Of a stretch of 64,000 nt of DNA, positions 63,442 through 64,000 are shown piece after piece. Position numbers and translations under genes: made by a program. Positions within the stretch are counted from its first letter, which is position 1. Each line of letters begins with the position of its first letter. This DNA is from a virus. Under the pieces are notes generated by a model, which was given only the letters and a program-made list of their open reading frames with translations, did not search any database and was not told the origin of the DNA. The DNA is taken from IMG/VR virus record IMGVR_UViG_3300048577_000559; one strand, 5' to 3'.

Positions 63442-63615
63442 ATGATGCCCAGCACCGACATCGACGGCAGCGCGATTGTGATTCTCTCGACGGCCGAGGC
63501 ACGCCGAGTCTACGAGCACCTACGCGAAATCGCTGGTGGACCCGGCCTCGATGCCCTCGAACACAAGCTGGCCGCAAAGATCGCCCGTGACCTGAGACTG
63601 CCGCCGCTGGAGTGA
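63442..63615 (+). CDS. Small hypothetical protein (57 aa).
   Basis: MMPSTDIDGSAIVILSTAEARRVYEHLREI. Not in the supplied track. Confidence 0.25.
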   Translation: MMPSTDIDGSAIVILSTAEARRVYEHLREIAGGPGLDALEHKLAAKIARDLRLPPLE

Positions 63616-63620
63616 CACCG

Positions 63621-63821
63621 ATGCCACTGCCACTACTAACCAAGACTTGTCCCGATTGCGGAGCAACGTTCCGCACGATCCGCACGGCCCAGGGCAGCCA
63701 TCGCTACTGTTGGCAGTGTCGCAAGAAGCAATGGAAGCTGATCCACAGCAACGGCTACCTGACGCCGCGCCCGTGCTTTCGCCCGCCTGCGCGGCCGGAT
63801 GAACGAGGAACGATCCAGTGA
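63621..63821 (+). CDS. Zinc-ribbon protein.
   Basis: CPDCG...CWQC. Confidence 0.3.
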   Translation: MPLPLLTKTCPDCGATFRTIRTAQGSHRYCWQCRKKQWKLIHSNGYLTPRPCFRPPARPDERGTIQ

Positions 63822-63985
63822 GCCGCACAAAGAAGGGTGCCAAGGGGCCGGGCTACGAATACTGGTCCCGCCGGCCGACGAAGGGCTGCGTCGATCCGGG
63901 CAAGAAGAACAAGAACGTCACTCACCGGCTGGAGCGGGCTGCCACCAAACGCGAACTCGCCAAGGAGCATGAACCCCGTGACTGA
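63818..63985 (+). CDS. Small basic protein (55 aa).
   Basis: GTG start. Lys/Arg-rich KKGAKGPGYEYWSRRPTKG. Confidence 0.2.
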   Translation: MSRTKKGAKGPGYEYWSRRPTKGCVDPGKKNKNVTHRLERAATKRELAKEHEPRD

Positions 63986-64000
63986 GTGGGAAGAAAAGTG

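Overview
This 64 kb window has high GC (about 62-65%) and reads as a nearly complete tailed-phage or prophage genome, probably from a diderm host given the canonical lipobox signal peptides. It falls into four blocks. (a) 1-3050, plus strand: a putative lysis or cell-envelope cassette with a C92/NlpC-P60-like amidase, a peptidase lipoprotein, a proline-rich protein with N-terminal signal and C-terminal TM (unimolecular-spanin-like topology), and a thioredoxin-like lipoprotein. (b) 3057-28442, plus strand: a classical morphogenesis module. In order it carries terminase large subunit, portal, scaffold, major capsid, head-tail joining proteins, major tail protein, tail assembly chaperone with a probable -1 frameshift extension, a 1270-aa tape measure, three tandem paralogous fibre-like proteins, a highly repetitive 834-aa protein, a 967-aa tail protein, and an SPFH/band-7 protein. 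(c) 28443-33220, minus strand: a replication block with two Cys-rich proteins, a DnaQ-like exonuclease, a nucleotide-pyrophosphohydrolase-like protein and a primase/SF3 helicase. It faces a ParB-like gene across a 25-bp perfect inverted repeat. (d) 33414-64000, plus strand: a large DNA-metabolism and takeover module. It contains three DNA methyltransferases (one with an embedded LAGLIDADG-like domain), an SNF2 helicase, a secreted trypsin-like protease, two metallophosphatases, a hyperacidic protein, tRNA-Asn, family-A DNA polymerase with a DnaJ-type zinc-finger insertion, VRR-NUC nuclease, a sigma-70-family factor, an ATP-dependent ligase, and a deoxynucleotide catabolism or salvage cluster (NT5C, DeoC, NDT/DNPH1-like). 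The most striking sequence-level signal is a bipartite motif, CTCCAGA-N16-GATCTCCCAGCGGAG, present four times. Each copy is in the same orientation and upstream of a gene start. I propose these are phage-specific promoters, possibly read by the phage-encoded sigma factor. All product calls come from motif recognition by eye and carry the uncertainty stated in each feature.
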